Part shown: in pieces, positions 19,602 to 28,921 of the stretch
How positions within the stretch are numbered: the first letter of the stretch is position 1
Layout: the number at the start of each line of letters is the position of its first letter
Assembly: GCA_963755715.1 (NCBI GenBank)
Contig: CAVWLW010000064.1
Span: 32,001-96,000, forward strand
Reading direction: 5' to 3'
DNA: 64,000 nucleotides
Source of the DNA: an uncultured delta proteobacterium
Lineage (GTDB): Bacteria; Desulfobacterota; Binatia; UBA9968
Position numbers and translations under genes: made by a program
The notes under the pieces: model-generated
What the model was told of the DNA's origin: nothing
The model's input: only the letters and a program-made list of their open reading frames with translations
Databases searched by the model: none

Positions 19602-20564
19602 CTAAAGGTCCATTTTCTTTCCGAGGCCGCGCTTTACCGCTTCTTCATACAGCCACGCCGCAAAAGCCATGTCGCCGTAGCCGCCCTGGGATTCACGGAA
19701 AATGTTGATCTCATCGCGGCTCGTCCGGCCCGGCGCCTGTCCCGTAACCAATTCACCCAGCTCCGAAATGCGGCTCCAAGAAAGTTTTCCTTCCGCCGTC
19801 AATTCGACCAGCGGCAAAGCAGCCGAACGATCGCCATAATTGCGTTCTTGCTCTTGGCTGCCGACCACAATGCGATTCGCTTTCAAGTGAAGGCCGCGAC
19901 CGATCTCAGTCGGCTTGCCCATGCTGCTCACGTGCGTTCCCGCTTCGACCCAGTCTTCCGGAAAAATCGGCGTGAGCGAATTCGTCGCCGTGAGCACTAC
20001 ATCCATGCCGCGCACGGCTTGTTCGGGATTATCCACGCCGTGAACGCTGATACCGAGCAACTTTTCACCTTCCTCGCAGAATTTTGCTCGCCGCTGCGGA
20101 TCACGGCTCGAAACGTAAATTTCCCTAATTGGACGGACCGAAAGCAGCCCTTTGAGAATCCCGAAGGCGTTTCTGCCCACGCCGAACAATCCCAGTCGCT
20201 GCGAATCTTGCCGAGCCAAGTGTTTTGCCGCGATCGCCACCACTGCCGCAGTTCTCAGAGTGCCGAATGGAAACCCCATAAAAGAAAGCAACTCACCCGT
20301 GTCGGCGTCGAACAGCAAAGCATACATCTTATCACCGCCGCCCAAACCGAGGTTGGGTCCGAGTCGAACCCCGACCCGCCGTGCTCCCAACAGCGCACCC
20401 GATACAATGCGGAGTCCACTATGGCCGCCGAGTGGAATATGATAGGGCGCATGCGGCACGACTTGGCCGTTCGCCTGCTGTCTGTGTGCGTCTTCAATGA
20501 GCTCGATCGCTTTGTCGAGATCGAGCAGCGGCTTCAGTTCATCACGGCTAAGAATTAAGGGCAT
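19602..20564 (-). CDS. Ornithine cyclodeaminase/mu-crystallin family protein (copy 1)
   Basis: LFDADTGELL, LRTAAVVAIAAKHLAR, GxGxxA, TATNS, ELGELVTG..PGR. Confidence 0.9.
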   Translation of the reverse strand: MPLILSRDELKPLLDLDKAIELIEDAHRQQANGQVVPHAPYHIPLGGHSGLRIVSGALLGARRVGVRLGPNLGLGGGDKMYALLFDADTGELLSFMGFPFGTLRTAAVVAIAAKHLARQDSQRLGLFGVGRNAFGILKGLLSVRPIREIYVSSRDPQRRAKFCEEGEKLLGISVHGVDNPEQAVRGMDVVLTATNSLTPIFPEDWVEAGTHVSSMGKPTEIGRGLHLKANRIVVGSQEQERNYGDRSAALPLVELTAEGKLSWSRISELGELVTGQAPGRTSRDEINIFRESQGGYGDMAFAAWLYEEAVKRGLGKKMDL

Positions 20565-20577
20565 CTCTCTCTCCGAA

Positions 20578-20619
20578 AACGGTTTGAACGTCTTGAACGA
20601 TTGAAACCTTTTGAACGGC
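20578..20619. repeat. Degenerate TTGAAC-based short tandem repeat
   Basis: aacggtttgaacgtcttgaacgattgaaaccttttgaacggc, with roughly 9-nt periodicity. Confidence 0.65.
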
Positions 20620-20620
20620 T

Positions 20621-21839
20621 TTATTTTCCGGCCACCGCCAACTCATGCGGCCGCTTGCCAAGTCGTCGACCGCCACGCTGCGTCACTACGACGGTATCGC
20701 CCCATTGGCAAATATATTCGCCGTCGGCGGAAACGGCCGATGGTTTGCAGATGAAAACCATATTCTCGCGCATTTGCACCGCCAACTGGCGCGGGTTCTT
20801 GGCGTGCGGCGTGATGATCGGCCCGTCGTCACCCTGACCTCGGCCGTGCATGTTCAGTTCACCGCGCGCGCCTGCCGCCGGCCCGCTCTTTGGAGCAGCG
20901 CTCGTCGCCGTTCGCCGGGTCAGCTCGGCTAATTCTCCTACTGTGATGCCGGGCTTCAGGCTTTCAATCACTCGATTGAATATTTCTCTTTGTACTTTGA
21001 TCAGCTCGGCTTGAGTCGGATCGATCACTTCGACGAATACCGGCTGCACGCCCTGCGCACGATATCCGATCCATGAGGCCTCGACCTCATTTATAATCGC
21101 ATCACCACGCTCGAGCAGCCGCATGCTCGGCCGAGTCAACGTGCGCTTGGGGTTTTTCCCGGAAACCCAGAAGCAATGGATCGGCAACTCGGAGCCATTG
21201 CGAGTCATCGCATAGTGCACCGCCGCCCAAACTTCCCAGTCTTTGACGCCGACTTTCGCGGCCTCGATCTCCGCTTGGATGGCTATTTCATTAATCTCCA
21301 TCGATTTGGCAAGCGCATCGATCTCTTCCTGGCTTTTCACATAACGCACTTCGTCGAGAATCGCCGTCGCATCGACCAGCTCCGCATGCGGAAAAGCTTC
21401 GCGGATCTGTTTCCAGGTGCCGTAGAAGATCGTGCCCTCCGGCGTGCGCGTGCCTTCGACCTCGCCGAGTCCGGTAATGCCGATGCGCCCGCGCTCGAGC
21501 GTTTAATTCTTTCAAGCGCTCGACGATCGCGCGTCCGTAGTTGCGCCGCGCCTCGCGCACGTCGGTGACCCAATCCTGCACCGTCGGCCAGCGCGGCGCC
21601 GCCGAAGTCGCAATCGCAGTCACGTTACCTTCGAGCGGAAAAACCGCGGCGAGATCCGGCTCTCCGCCGCCGCAATGGGTCAGATAACGTGTGTTGGCTT
21701 GATAATCGGCCGAATGGCCACTGTTTTGCGGCGTGACAATCACGTCGAGATTTTGCTCGCGCATCAACTCGCGCACAGCCTGCCAGCGCCGGTCGCGCTC
21801 GGCGATCGAGAAACGCGGATAAGGATAAAGATCGGCCAT
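20621..21839 (-). CDS. M24/creatinase-fold protein (copy 1; frameshift near 21501)
   Basis: Creatinase_N-like FSIAERDRRW...RYLT joined to VKSQEEI...HGRGQGDDGP...GDTVVVT after removing one base. Confidence 0.85.
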
Positions 21840-21937
21840 ATTGGCGTCCCCAAACGTGCAACTAACTATCACCAAAAGAATCGATACGCTAGGCGAGAAT
21901 TCGGTAGTCGTTCAGTTTGCTATCAACCACACAAAAA

Positions 21938-21997
21938 TGTAGGGGCACGCCCCTGTGCGTGCCCTCGGTCAGGCGACCACAGGGGGTCGCCCCTACA
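21938..21997. repeat. GTAG-family REP-like palindrome pair
   Basis: TGTAGGGGCACGCCCCTGTGCGTGCCC...GGCGACCACAGGGGGTCGCCCCTACA. Confidence 0.75.
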
Positions 21998-22061
21998 AAA
22001 AATCACGACGAAACTGAGCCACCGCCGGGGATTCGATCCAACCACGACGGTCGCGAAGCGC

Positions 22062-22088
22062 TAGGGGCGGGTTTTAAACCCGCCCCTA
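22062..22088. repeat. REP-like palindrome
   Basis: TAGGGGCGGGTTTTAAACCCGCCCCTA, followed by short CCTTCGTG repeats at about 22097-22122. Confidence 0.75.
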
Positions 22089-22147
22089 AATCATACCCTT
22101 CGTGTCCTTCGTGCCTTCGTGGTGAACGCTTTTCGCTGGTTTTGCGA

Positions 22148-23344
22148 TCAAACGTTCTTCACGATCAACTTTAGCTCGCGTTTACCGAGACGCCGCGCGC
22201 CGTTTTCGGTGACCGCCACGGTGTCGCCGATGCTGGCGCGGCCTTTGCCTTCTTTCGGTCGCACTTGCGGTTTGAGAATAAACGTCATGCCGGTTTGCAG
22301 CTCGATTTTGGAGAATCGTTCCAGGTCTTTGTCTCCTAGCAGCGCCGGACCGTCGTCGCCGAGCCCGCGCGCGTGCATCACCGGATGGTTCCATAAATAT
22401 TTGCCGTTGCCGACACGTTCGACAGTGTCGCGGTAGATGTCGAACAGCCAGCCGAAAGTCACGCCGGGTTTCATGTTGTGCAGAATGCTGTCGAAACAGG
22501 CGCGCGAGATATCGATCATTTTTTGATACTCGTCATCCGGCGCGCCGAGCACGACCGGACACACCGCCTGCGCGGCGTAGCCGGCGTATTTCGCTTCGAT
22601 CTCGTCGATCAGCCGGTCGCCTTTTTGCAGCCGATAATCCGTTGGGACAAAAGAGCTGTTACTGATCCCCGGGCCGCCGCTCAAGAAAAATAGCGTCGGC
22701 AGCTCGCCGCCGTTGGCCAGCATGGCGTGTACCATAGCGCCATAGAGCTCTTTTTCACTCACGCCGGGATTGGCATTCTCCACCATCGCTTCGATGGTCT
22801 TCTCCACGATAGCTGCGGAGCGTTCTAGCAACGACACTTCCTCGGCGCTTTTTACGGCGCGGATCTCTTGCATCATCTCGGTGGCGTTGACGATCTTCGC
22901 TTGAGGAAGGGTATCTTGAATCGCTTTCACCGAGGAATACGGAATGATTCCTTCCGGCGCGCGAAACAAACCCGCGAGTCCGGAAATGCCGATCGTGCCC
23001 TTTTGCAAGCCAAGCTCGTTGATGCGCTCGATGGCGTTCTGCCCCCAGCGATTCCGCCCGTCGCGCACATCCTCGACCCACTTCTGCGCTTGTTTCCACC
23101 ATCCGGCGCGGTTGAAGATATACGCCGTCACGTCTCCTTCACGAGGGAAAACAGTGAAGACTTCCGTGGCGAAGCCGCCGATCGAAGTCAGATAGCGCGA
23201 GTCGCCTTGTAACTGCTCCCACCGCCCGGTATTCGCCGGTAGCAGAAGACAGTCGATGCCGCGCTTGGCCATTTCAGCGCGCACAATTTGATAACGTCGG
23301 TCGCGCTCTTGGATGGATAATTGAGGAATATTCATTTTTAACAC
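22148..23344 (-). CDS. M24/creatinase-fold protein (copy 2)
   Basis: LSIQERDRRY, RAVKSAEEV, HARGLGDDGP, GDTVAVTENGARRLG. Confidence 0.88.
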   Translation of the reverse strand: MLKMNIPQLSIQERDRRYQIVRAEMAKRGIDCLLLPANTGRWEQLQGDSRYLTSIGGFATEVFTVFPREGDVTAYIFNRAGWWKQAQKWVEDVRDGRNRWGQNAIERINELGLQKGTIGISGLAGLFRAPEGIIPYSSVKAIQDTLPQAKIVNATEMMQEIRAVKSAEEVSLLERSAAIVEKTIEAMVENANPGVSEKELYGAMVHAMLANGGELPTLFFLSGGPGISNSSFVPTDYRLQKGDRLIDEIEAKYAGYAAQAVCPVVLGAPDDEYQKMIDISRACFDSILHNMKPGVTFGWLFDIYRDTVERVGNGKYLWNHPVMHARGLGDDGPALLGDKDLERFSKIELQTGMTFILKPQVRPKEGKGRASIGDTVAVTENGARRLGKRELKLIVKNV

Positions 23345-23403
23345 CTCTCTTGAACGATGTTACCGCCGAGAAATGCAATCGGAGGCTCAGGATCTCCCAG
23401 TAT

Positions 23404-23476
23404 GTGTCACCCTGAGCGGTGAGCGAAGGGTCTCGGCTTCGGTCGAGATTCTTCGGCTTCGCCTCAGAATGACACT
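23404..23476. repeat. TGTCA(T/C)CCTGAGC...CTCAGAATGACA inverted-repeat element (REP/MITE-like)
   Basis: Terminal inverted arms GTGTCACCCTGAG / CTCAGAATGACAC. A related element lies at 44428-44501. Confidence 0.75.
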
Positions 23477-23511
23477 CATGATCGGAACATTTTCAAATTA
23501 ATGCGGCCTAT

Positions 23512-24383
23512 TCAGTGCGATGCCTGATGTCCGAAGCGGTGCCCGATCTGAATCCGATTGCCGAACGGATCGTAACCGTACACCGTATGTCCGCCTTGCT
23601 CGTGCCATGGGATCTTTGTCGGATCCGGTCCCCAGTAATATTCTTTGCGGTTAAACTTTTCCAGGATCGGCGGATAGAGCTCCGGCGCGATGCGAAAGTC
23701 GATATGCGGGCCTTTGACCGCGCGCGTGCTGCGCTCGGCGACTTGATCGACCCGATGCAGAATTAACAACTGGCCGGTGTTCGGCACGGTGAGCGTCACC
23801 TGTTCATCTCCCGGAACTTGTTGTCTCCTCCGTGAGTCCGAAAGTGTCGCGATACCAAGATTTTCCCTGCTGCCATGTCAGTCACTTCCACGCGCACGTG
23901 GCTGATTCGGCGCATCGGCACGAGCTTGCCCTGCGGTTTGTCGCCTATCGGATCGCGGCGCACGGAAAGCTCCAACGTGTTGCCGTCGGGATCGAGGACA
24001 AAAAGCGATTCTTTGATCGGCGAAGGTTCAGCGTAACTCATCGGCCCGTGAATTTTGAGCTTGCGCTCTTCGGCGGCGCGAACCACATCGGCCAGATTGT
24101 CCGCCGCCACTTCGAAACCGTAGACGACTCCGTCCAACGGTCGCGCCGGAGTGGACGCGATCGGAAAATCCTGCAGCGCAAGTCCCCAACCCTTGTGATT
24201 CGCCAGCGTGTAAAACAAAATCTGCGGCACCTCACGATTGAGGCCGCGGATCGTCAAGTTGGTGAGATGATCCAACTCGCCGCCCATAAACGTCGAGTAG
24301 AAACGATGCGCCCGGCCGAGATCGTTGCTCGGCAACACACCGTGGTCGATCCGATCGATCGTCGGTTTTCCATTTAAACTCAT
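23512..24383 (-). CDS. Two-domain VOC/glyoxalase-family protein (frameshifts at about 23820-23865)
   Basis: IDHGVLPSNDL, DPDGNTLEL, ISHVRVEV and C-terminal DPFGNRIQI. Confidence 0.8.
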
Positions 24384-24480
24384 GTCAAGCCTCCGTAATG
24401 ATTTTTGCATCCCGAATTTTAGATTGCCGGAAGAATCCGAATCGCGCGTTAGGTGTGTGCTTGCAGCCGTCTTCCTCCCC

Positions 24481-24511
24481 AATCCAAAATCCAAAATCGG
24501 AAATCTAAAAT
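24481..24511. repeat. Heptamer tandem repeat (AATCCAA-like)
   Basis: aatccaa aatccaa aatcgga aatctaa aat. Confidence 0.7.
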
Positions 24512-24516
24512 GAACT

Positions 24517-25674
24517 TCACTTGCCTGACTTCTGCCGCGCATTGGTAATCAAATCGCCAACGGGCTTCCACTCCATCCAATCGTGCCGGCTGATTTCTAT
24601 ATAGTCGACGTCCTTTCGTCGCCGCGCCGCTTCCGGCACCACGCTTAGCGGCAGGTCCTCGCGCATCGACGTCGTCGTGTCATCTTCCTGCGTGTTGTTG
24701 GCTTGACGAAATGCGATTTGTCCTTCACGCGACAAGTACCAGTTGATGAAAACTTTGGCGGCGTTGGGATGTGGCTGATTATTCATCAAAACGATCGCGC
24801 CGTTGTTCGAGCCGATGCCGGGAGCTTCTTTAAATTGATAGGGACTCACTTCCGCCACCGGCAGCCCCTGCTCCAAAGCGCGGCGCAGCCGGCACAGTAT
24901 ACAAAGTTGGTACTTCCCCCCCGCCAGCCAATCGGTTCCTTGACGAAAATCGCTGAAGTAAGTGAGATCCATTTCGCCGCCGTAGAGCCGTTCAAGAAAT
25001 TTCGGCCCCACCTGAGGGTGGTGGTACATGAACAGCAGGGCCGTCGAGACATAGTTGGCACGCGGCCACAGCGCGATCATCTTGCCTTTCCACTTGGGAT
25101 CGAGAAGATCCCACACGGAACGAATTGAATCGAGATTCACCAACTTCGTATTTGAATACACCGGCGGTCCGTAGAGCGTGCTCTGATAAACAAAAACGTA
25201 TTGCCCCTCCGAATCGACGTAACGATGCTTGCCCTTCCACCACTTGGACAGATCGGTCACTTCCGGCAACACCAATGCCGGCGGCATGGGGTCGAGCGCT
25301 TTACCCCGATAAAAACTGTTATAAGTCGCACCCGGCGCGCCGAGCATGGCGTCGACTAAGTACTGGTTAGCGCGCCGCTCGGCCATGACCTTGGTGACGA
25401 TTTCGCTGGTGGTGCTGATACCGACGGAATTAAGTTTAATCTTGGGAAATTTCTTTTTAAACGCGTCCCAGATCACCTGTAGATCGCCGACCGAATTAGT
25501 CGCGTAGACCGTGACCTCGCCTTCCTTTTCCGCCGCTTTGACGAGATCTTCCCAGCGCGCCTGCGCGGCCGACGCTTTGGCTGCGATAGCACAAGTTGTG
25601 ACGCTCAAGAGCGTCGCCAACATCCGAAGGAAATAGGTCTTATACGACTTATGGGTCTTACCCTCGAGCCTCAT
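24517..25674 (-). CDS. Extracellular solute-binding protein (FbpA/PotD-like)
   Basis: AAEKEGEVTVY, DLLDPKWKGK, PHPNAAKVFINWYLSREGQ, signal peptide. Confidence 0.88.
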   Translation of the reverse strand: MRLEGKTHKSYKTYFLRMLATLLSVTTCAIAAKASAAQARWEDLVKAAEKEGEVTVYATNSVGDLQVIWDAFKKKFPKIKLNSVGISTTSEIVTKVMAERRANQYLVDAMLGAPGATYNSFYRGKALDPMPPALVLPEVTDLSKWWKGKHRYVDSEGQYVFVYQSTLYGPPVYSNTKLVNLDSIRSVWDLLDPKWKGKMIALWPRANYVSTALLFMYHHPQVGPKFLERLYGGEMDLTYFSDFRQGTDWLAGGKYQLCILCRLRRALEQGLPVAEVSPYQFKEAPGIGSNNGAIVLMNNQPHPNAAKVFINWYLSREGQIAFRQANNTQEDDTTTSMREDLPLSVVPEAARRRKDVDYIEISRHDWMEWKPVGDLITNARQKSGK

Positions 25675-25693
25675 CGCCCCATCCCTTCGCTCA

Positions 25694-26635
25694 CTATTCA
25701 GTGCTGATCTGCTGTCCCAACCCGCGTCGCTTCGCTTCTTCATAAGCCCAAGCCGCCAGCGCCAGATCGCCATAGCCGCCCTGCGAATCGCGGAACACGA
25801 TAATACTATTTGCTAGAGCCGGGGCGGCGATCTTACCGGCGACAATATCGCCGAGCTCGACGACCGTGTTCCAAGGAATCGTTCCCTGGTTCGACAGGCG
25901 AATCAGCGGCTGGTCCAGCTTCCTATCATAATATTCCAGCTCATGCGCTTTGCTGGTCACGGTGATCAAGCCGGCGCGCAAATAAACGTCGTCGTTGAAT
26001 TCGTTGGGGCGGCCAACGCCAAAAATGGCTTGGCCCGGCCGCAACCACTCGCCATGGACCGCAGCCGCAGGAGAATTGGTGCTCACCAGCACGAAGTCGG
26101 CTTGCTCGATCGCTTGTTGTGCGGAAGTGGCCGGAACAATGTCTACTTTTAAGTTCGTGCTCGCTCTACGCGCAAAGGCTTCGCGGTTTTCCGCGCTCCG
26201 GCTGTAAACCAGCACCCGCTCGATCGGCCGCACCGCAACCGCGGGCTCGAGCGCCGGCAAAGCCAATCGACCGCTGCCGATCATCGCCACCGTTCGCGCC
26301 TTGGGCTCGGTGAAGCGTTCAATAGCGATCCCGACGGTCGCGCTGATGCGCAAGTTACTGAACGGATAACCCATCAAGCAAACGAGATCGCCCGAGCTGA
26401 TCTCGAACAGCAGCGCCCTGCTCTCGCCGCCGGTGACGCTGACGCGAAAGCCATTTTTATTCTGCGCTTCGAGGCCGCCCACGACCATGCGCATGCCGCG
26501 ATTCATGAAGCGCAGCGGCGCCACCTGTTTCACTTGACCGGCGGATTGCTCGCGCAATGTTTGCTCAAGCACAGCCATCGCCCGTCGCAGATCGAGCAAA
26601 TCGGAAATTTCGGAGCGCTTAAGCAGGAGCGTCAA
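25694..26635 (-). CDS. Ornithine cyclodeaminase/mu-crystallin family protein (copy 2)
   Basis: Paralog of 19602-20564. Shared MGxPFxxLR, GSGRLA, STNS and RDSQGGYGDLA motifs. Confidence 0.88.
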   Translation of the reverse strand: MTLLLKRSEISDLLDLRRAMAVLEQTLREQSAGQVKQVAPLRFMNRGMRMVVGGLEAQNKNGFRVSVTGGESRALLFEISSGDLVCLMGYPFSNLRISATVGIAIERFTEPKARTVAMIGSGRLALPALEPAVAVRPIERVLVYSRSAENREAFARRASTNLKVDIVPATSAQQAIEQADFVLVSTNSPAAAVHGEWLRPGQAIFGVGRPNEFNDDVYLRAGLITVTSKAHELEYYDRKLDQPLIRLSNQGTIPWNTVVELGDIVAGKIAAPALANSIIVFRDSQGGYGDLALAAWAYEEAKRRGLGQQISTE

Positions 26636-26866
26636 GATATTGTCTCAATCAGGTTGGAATTCTTCGCTGTCCGCACGAGCGCAATCTAATAACGAACGCA
26701 CTGTGAGGTCAAGGCGCCGTTCGGCCCGAAATAATTTAATCTCAGAGTTGAAATAAAAACTCTCGGCCGAGAAAGTCGCCGCTCCAGCGGAGGGCAATTC
26801 GCCAATTGAAGCGGTGTCGCCGCAGGTGAAATGAGACGACATAAAAAATATTGGGCAGGTCGACGA

Positions 26867-27400
26867 CTATTTATCTGTGTCCGCCGCTTTGATCTCCGTG
26901 ATCTTGACAGCGAACAACAAAGTTTTGCCAGCGAGCGGATGATTGAAATCCATGATGACGGTATTTTCTTTGACCTCATGCACTCGCACCGGGACACTTT
27001 GGCCCTGCGGCCCCGTGGCGGTCAACACAGTGCCGACCTTAAGCGCTTCGGGCGGGAGTTTGTCCTTGGGAATTTCCTGGAACGCTTGGGGATTGACTGG
27101 TCCATAGCCGTCTTCGGGTTTGACCGTTACCTTCTTTTCGCCGCCCACGGGCAGACCCTCAAGTTCTTTTTCCAATCCCGGAATAATTTGCCCTTTGCCG
27201 TGCACATAATGCATCGGCTCTTTCCCCTTGCTCGAGTCGATCACGGTGCCGCTTTCATCGGTCAACGTGTAATCGAACGCGACCATGGAACCGGTCTGGA
27301 TCACGACCGCCGGCTTCGCCATCGTCTGAGCGGAAAGATCGCAATTAAAAAACAATAGGGCGACAACGCAGACACAAAGAAAAGATCGAATTGGCCTCAT
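26867..27400 (-). CDS. FKBP-type peptidyl-prolyl isomerase, SlyD/SlpA-like, with a putative signal peptide
   Basis: DYTL..G.VIDSS, IIPGLEKEL, PEDGYG, IF domain and DFNHPLAGKTL. Hydrophobic N-terminus ending LSA-Q. No His-rich tail. Confidence 0.88.
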   Translation of the reverse strand: MRPIRSFLCVCVVALLFFNCDLSAQTMAKPAVVIQTGSMVAFDYTLTDESGTVIDSSKGKEPMHYVHGKGQIIPGLEKELEGLPVGGEKKVTVKPEDGYGPVNPQAFQEIPKDKLPPEALKVGTVLTATGPQGQSVPVRVHEVKENTVIMDFNHPLAGKTLLFAVKITEIKAADTDK

Positions 27401-27537
27401 GGATTCCTCCGAACGGGATTAATTTTGGCAGGTAGCAATAAGCGTACGTACTAACACAAACGAATTCAACCGCCGACCGGCGCGAAACCACAAAGGCGCA
27501 GGGCGCAGCATCAGCTGTCGCCAACTACGGCACCTGT

Positions 27538-28566
27538 TTATTGCGCCAAAATCTTTTTGATACGCTCGACGACTTCCGGCGGCTGGTCGATAACTTCTTT
27601 GGCGATCTTGGCCAATTCTTCACCGCTGACCGCGGTAATCTCCAGATTACTCTTGGCCGCATCGGCCAACAGCGCCGGATCGGCCATGCTCTTCATGAAC
27701 GCTTCGCGCAAAATTTTCGTGCGATCCGGCGGCGTCGCCGGATGGGTGACGATCGGTCGCCCAAGCTCGCCCGAACCGAGCATGACCGTGACCACGCGGC
27801 GTCCGAGATCGGCGGTCTTGAATTCGTCCATGAGATCGCTGAGCAACGGTGTATCCGGCAAGCGCGGGTCGCGCTTGTGCCCCGTTTGCATCAGCACCCG
27901 GACGAAGTTCTTCTTGCGCCAACTATGGTACGGCTCGCGGGCGAAGTACGCTGCCGTCGTAAACGTGCGGCACACGATTTCATTTCGCTCCGTGGCCAGA
28001 TCGATTTCATTGCCGCCGGCGTAGCCGGTTACAATCGTGAACTTGGTGCCAAGGGCTTCTTCAAGCATGCGCGGCATATAATGCCCGCTGGTTCCCGTCC
28101 CAGTGGCGCCGCACTTGGGCGCCTCGGTCGCCTTGCGGACGTCTTGCATCGACTTGAACGGCGCGTCGGTACGCATGTAAAGCATATGTTCGGATTTGTC
28201 GGAGCTGGCCAGCCAGCTAAATTTGGGCCAGTCGAATTTGATTTCCTTATTGCCCTGGAGCTGATTGAAATAGTGCGCCGGGTTGATCGAGGCAAGGGTC
28301 AAGCCATCGGGCTTCGCCACTCCATAAACAAAATTTGCCGCGACGATGCCGCCCGCGGCCGGCATATTCTGCATGACCACGGTTGGATTACCCGCAATGT
28401 GCTTACCGATATGATTGGCAAGCAGCCTCGAATACATATCGTACGCCGTTCCCGCACCCGACCCGACGATAAACGTAATCGTCTTACCCTGATAGTAAGG
28501 CGTTTGCGCCAGCGCCACGGCGCTCGAGAGCAGCAGGAGAATGAGCGGCAATACAAACCTGATCAT
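27538..28566 (-). CDS. TctC/Bug family tripartite tricarboxylate transporter binding protein
   Basis: YYQGKTITFIVG..AG..YD, NMPAAGG, AKPDGLT, VTGYAGG. Confidence 0.9.
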   Translation of the reverse strand: MIRFVLPLILLLLSSAVALAQTPYYQGKTITFIVGSGAGTAYDMYSRLLANHIGKHIAGNPTVVMQNMPAAGGIVAANFVYGVAKPDGLTLASINPAHYFNQLQGNKEIKFDWPKFSWLASSDKSEHMLYMRTDAPFKSMQDVRKATEAPKCGATGTGTSGHYMPRMLEEALGTKFTIVTGYAGGNEIDLATERNEIVCRTFTTAAYFAREPYHSWRKKNFVRVLMQTGHKRDPRLPDTPLLSDLMDEFKTADLGRRVVTVMLGSGELGRPIVTHPATPPDRTKILREAFMKSMADPALLADAAKSNLEITAVSGEELAKIAKEVIDQPPEVVERIKKILAQ

Positions 28567-28856
28567 GAAACCTCCTCATCGAGTGTTTCTGTTAAAACGC
28601 GGCGTTATATTAGTCCGCGACTGAACCCCGTTCAAGGGAAAGAGCGCCCAAAAACGCGCAACTGGGATTTGCGAAAACTGTTCACCTGAGCGGCTGCCAC
28701 GAGTAAGACGCATAGAGACGCTGATGACATTCGTGCACACTCTCGCCGGATATTCGGAACGGAAAAGATTCCCTGACTCCTTAAAGTTCACTCACGTCGC
28801 ATCGAATGCGACGATTACAAATTGCCCTTGTATTTGGCGAAATCCTAGCGATTTCA

Positions 28857-28872
28857 AGGAACAAAACTTGCT
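28857..28872 (+). promoter_or_regulatory. Possible sigma54 (-24/-12) promoter
   Basis: AGGAACAAAACTTGCT has GG-N10-GC spacing and lies about 50 bp upstream of the ORF at 28922. Confidence 0.35.
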
Positions 28873-28921
28873 TTAGAAATGCGCGTTCGATTTCTTTGGA
28901 TTTCTTCATGAGGAACATCAA

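Noticed and set aside
19524-24511. CRISPR array
   Set aside because: Repeats are 6-9 nt units or isolated palindromes with no unique spacers, and there are no cas genes.
14796-26635. Canonical ectoine utilisation (eut/doe) operon
   Set aside because: No EutB, EutE or DoeB-D homologues, and the transporter is not of the Ehu or TRAP type. The resemblance is only at family level.
26640-26860. Possible ncRNA or riboswitch in this and other long intergenic regions (28570-28920, 36580-36780)
   Set aside because: No recognisable conserved RNA motif by eye. An Rfam/Infernal scan would be needed.
26867-27400. SlyD as nickel chaperone for the hydrogenase
   Set aside because: It lacks the His/Cys-rich tail, appears to be exported and lies more than 12 kb from the cluster.
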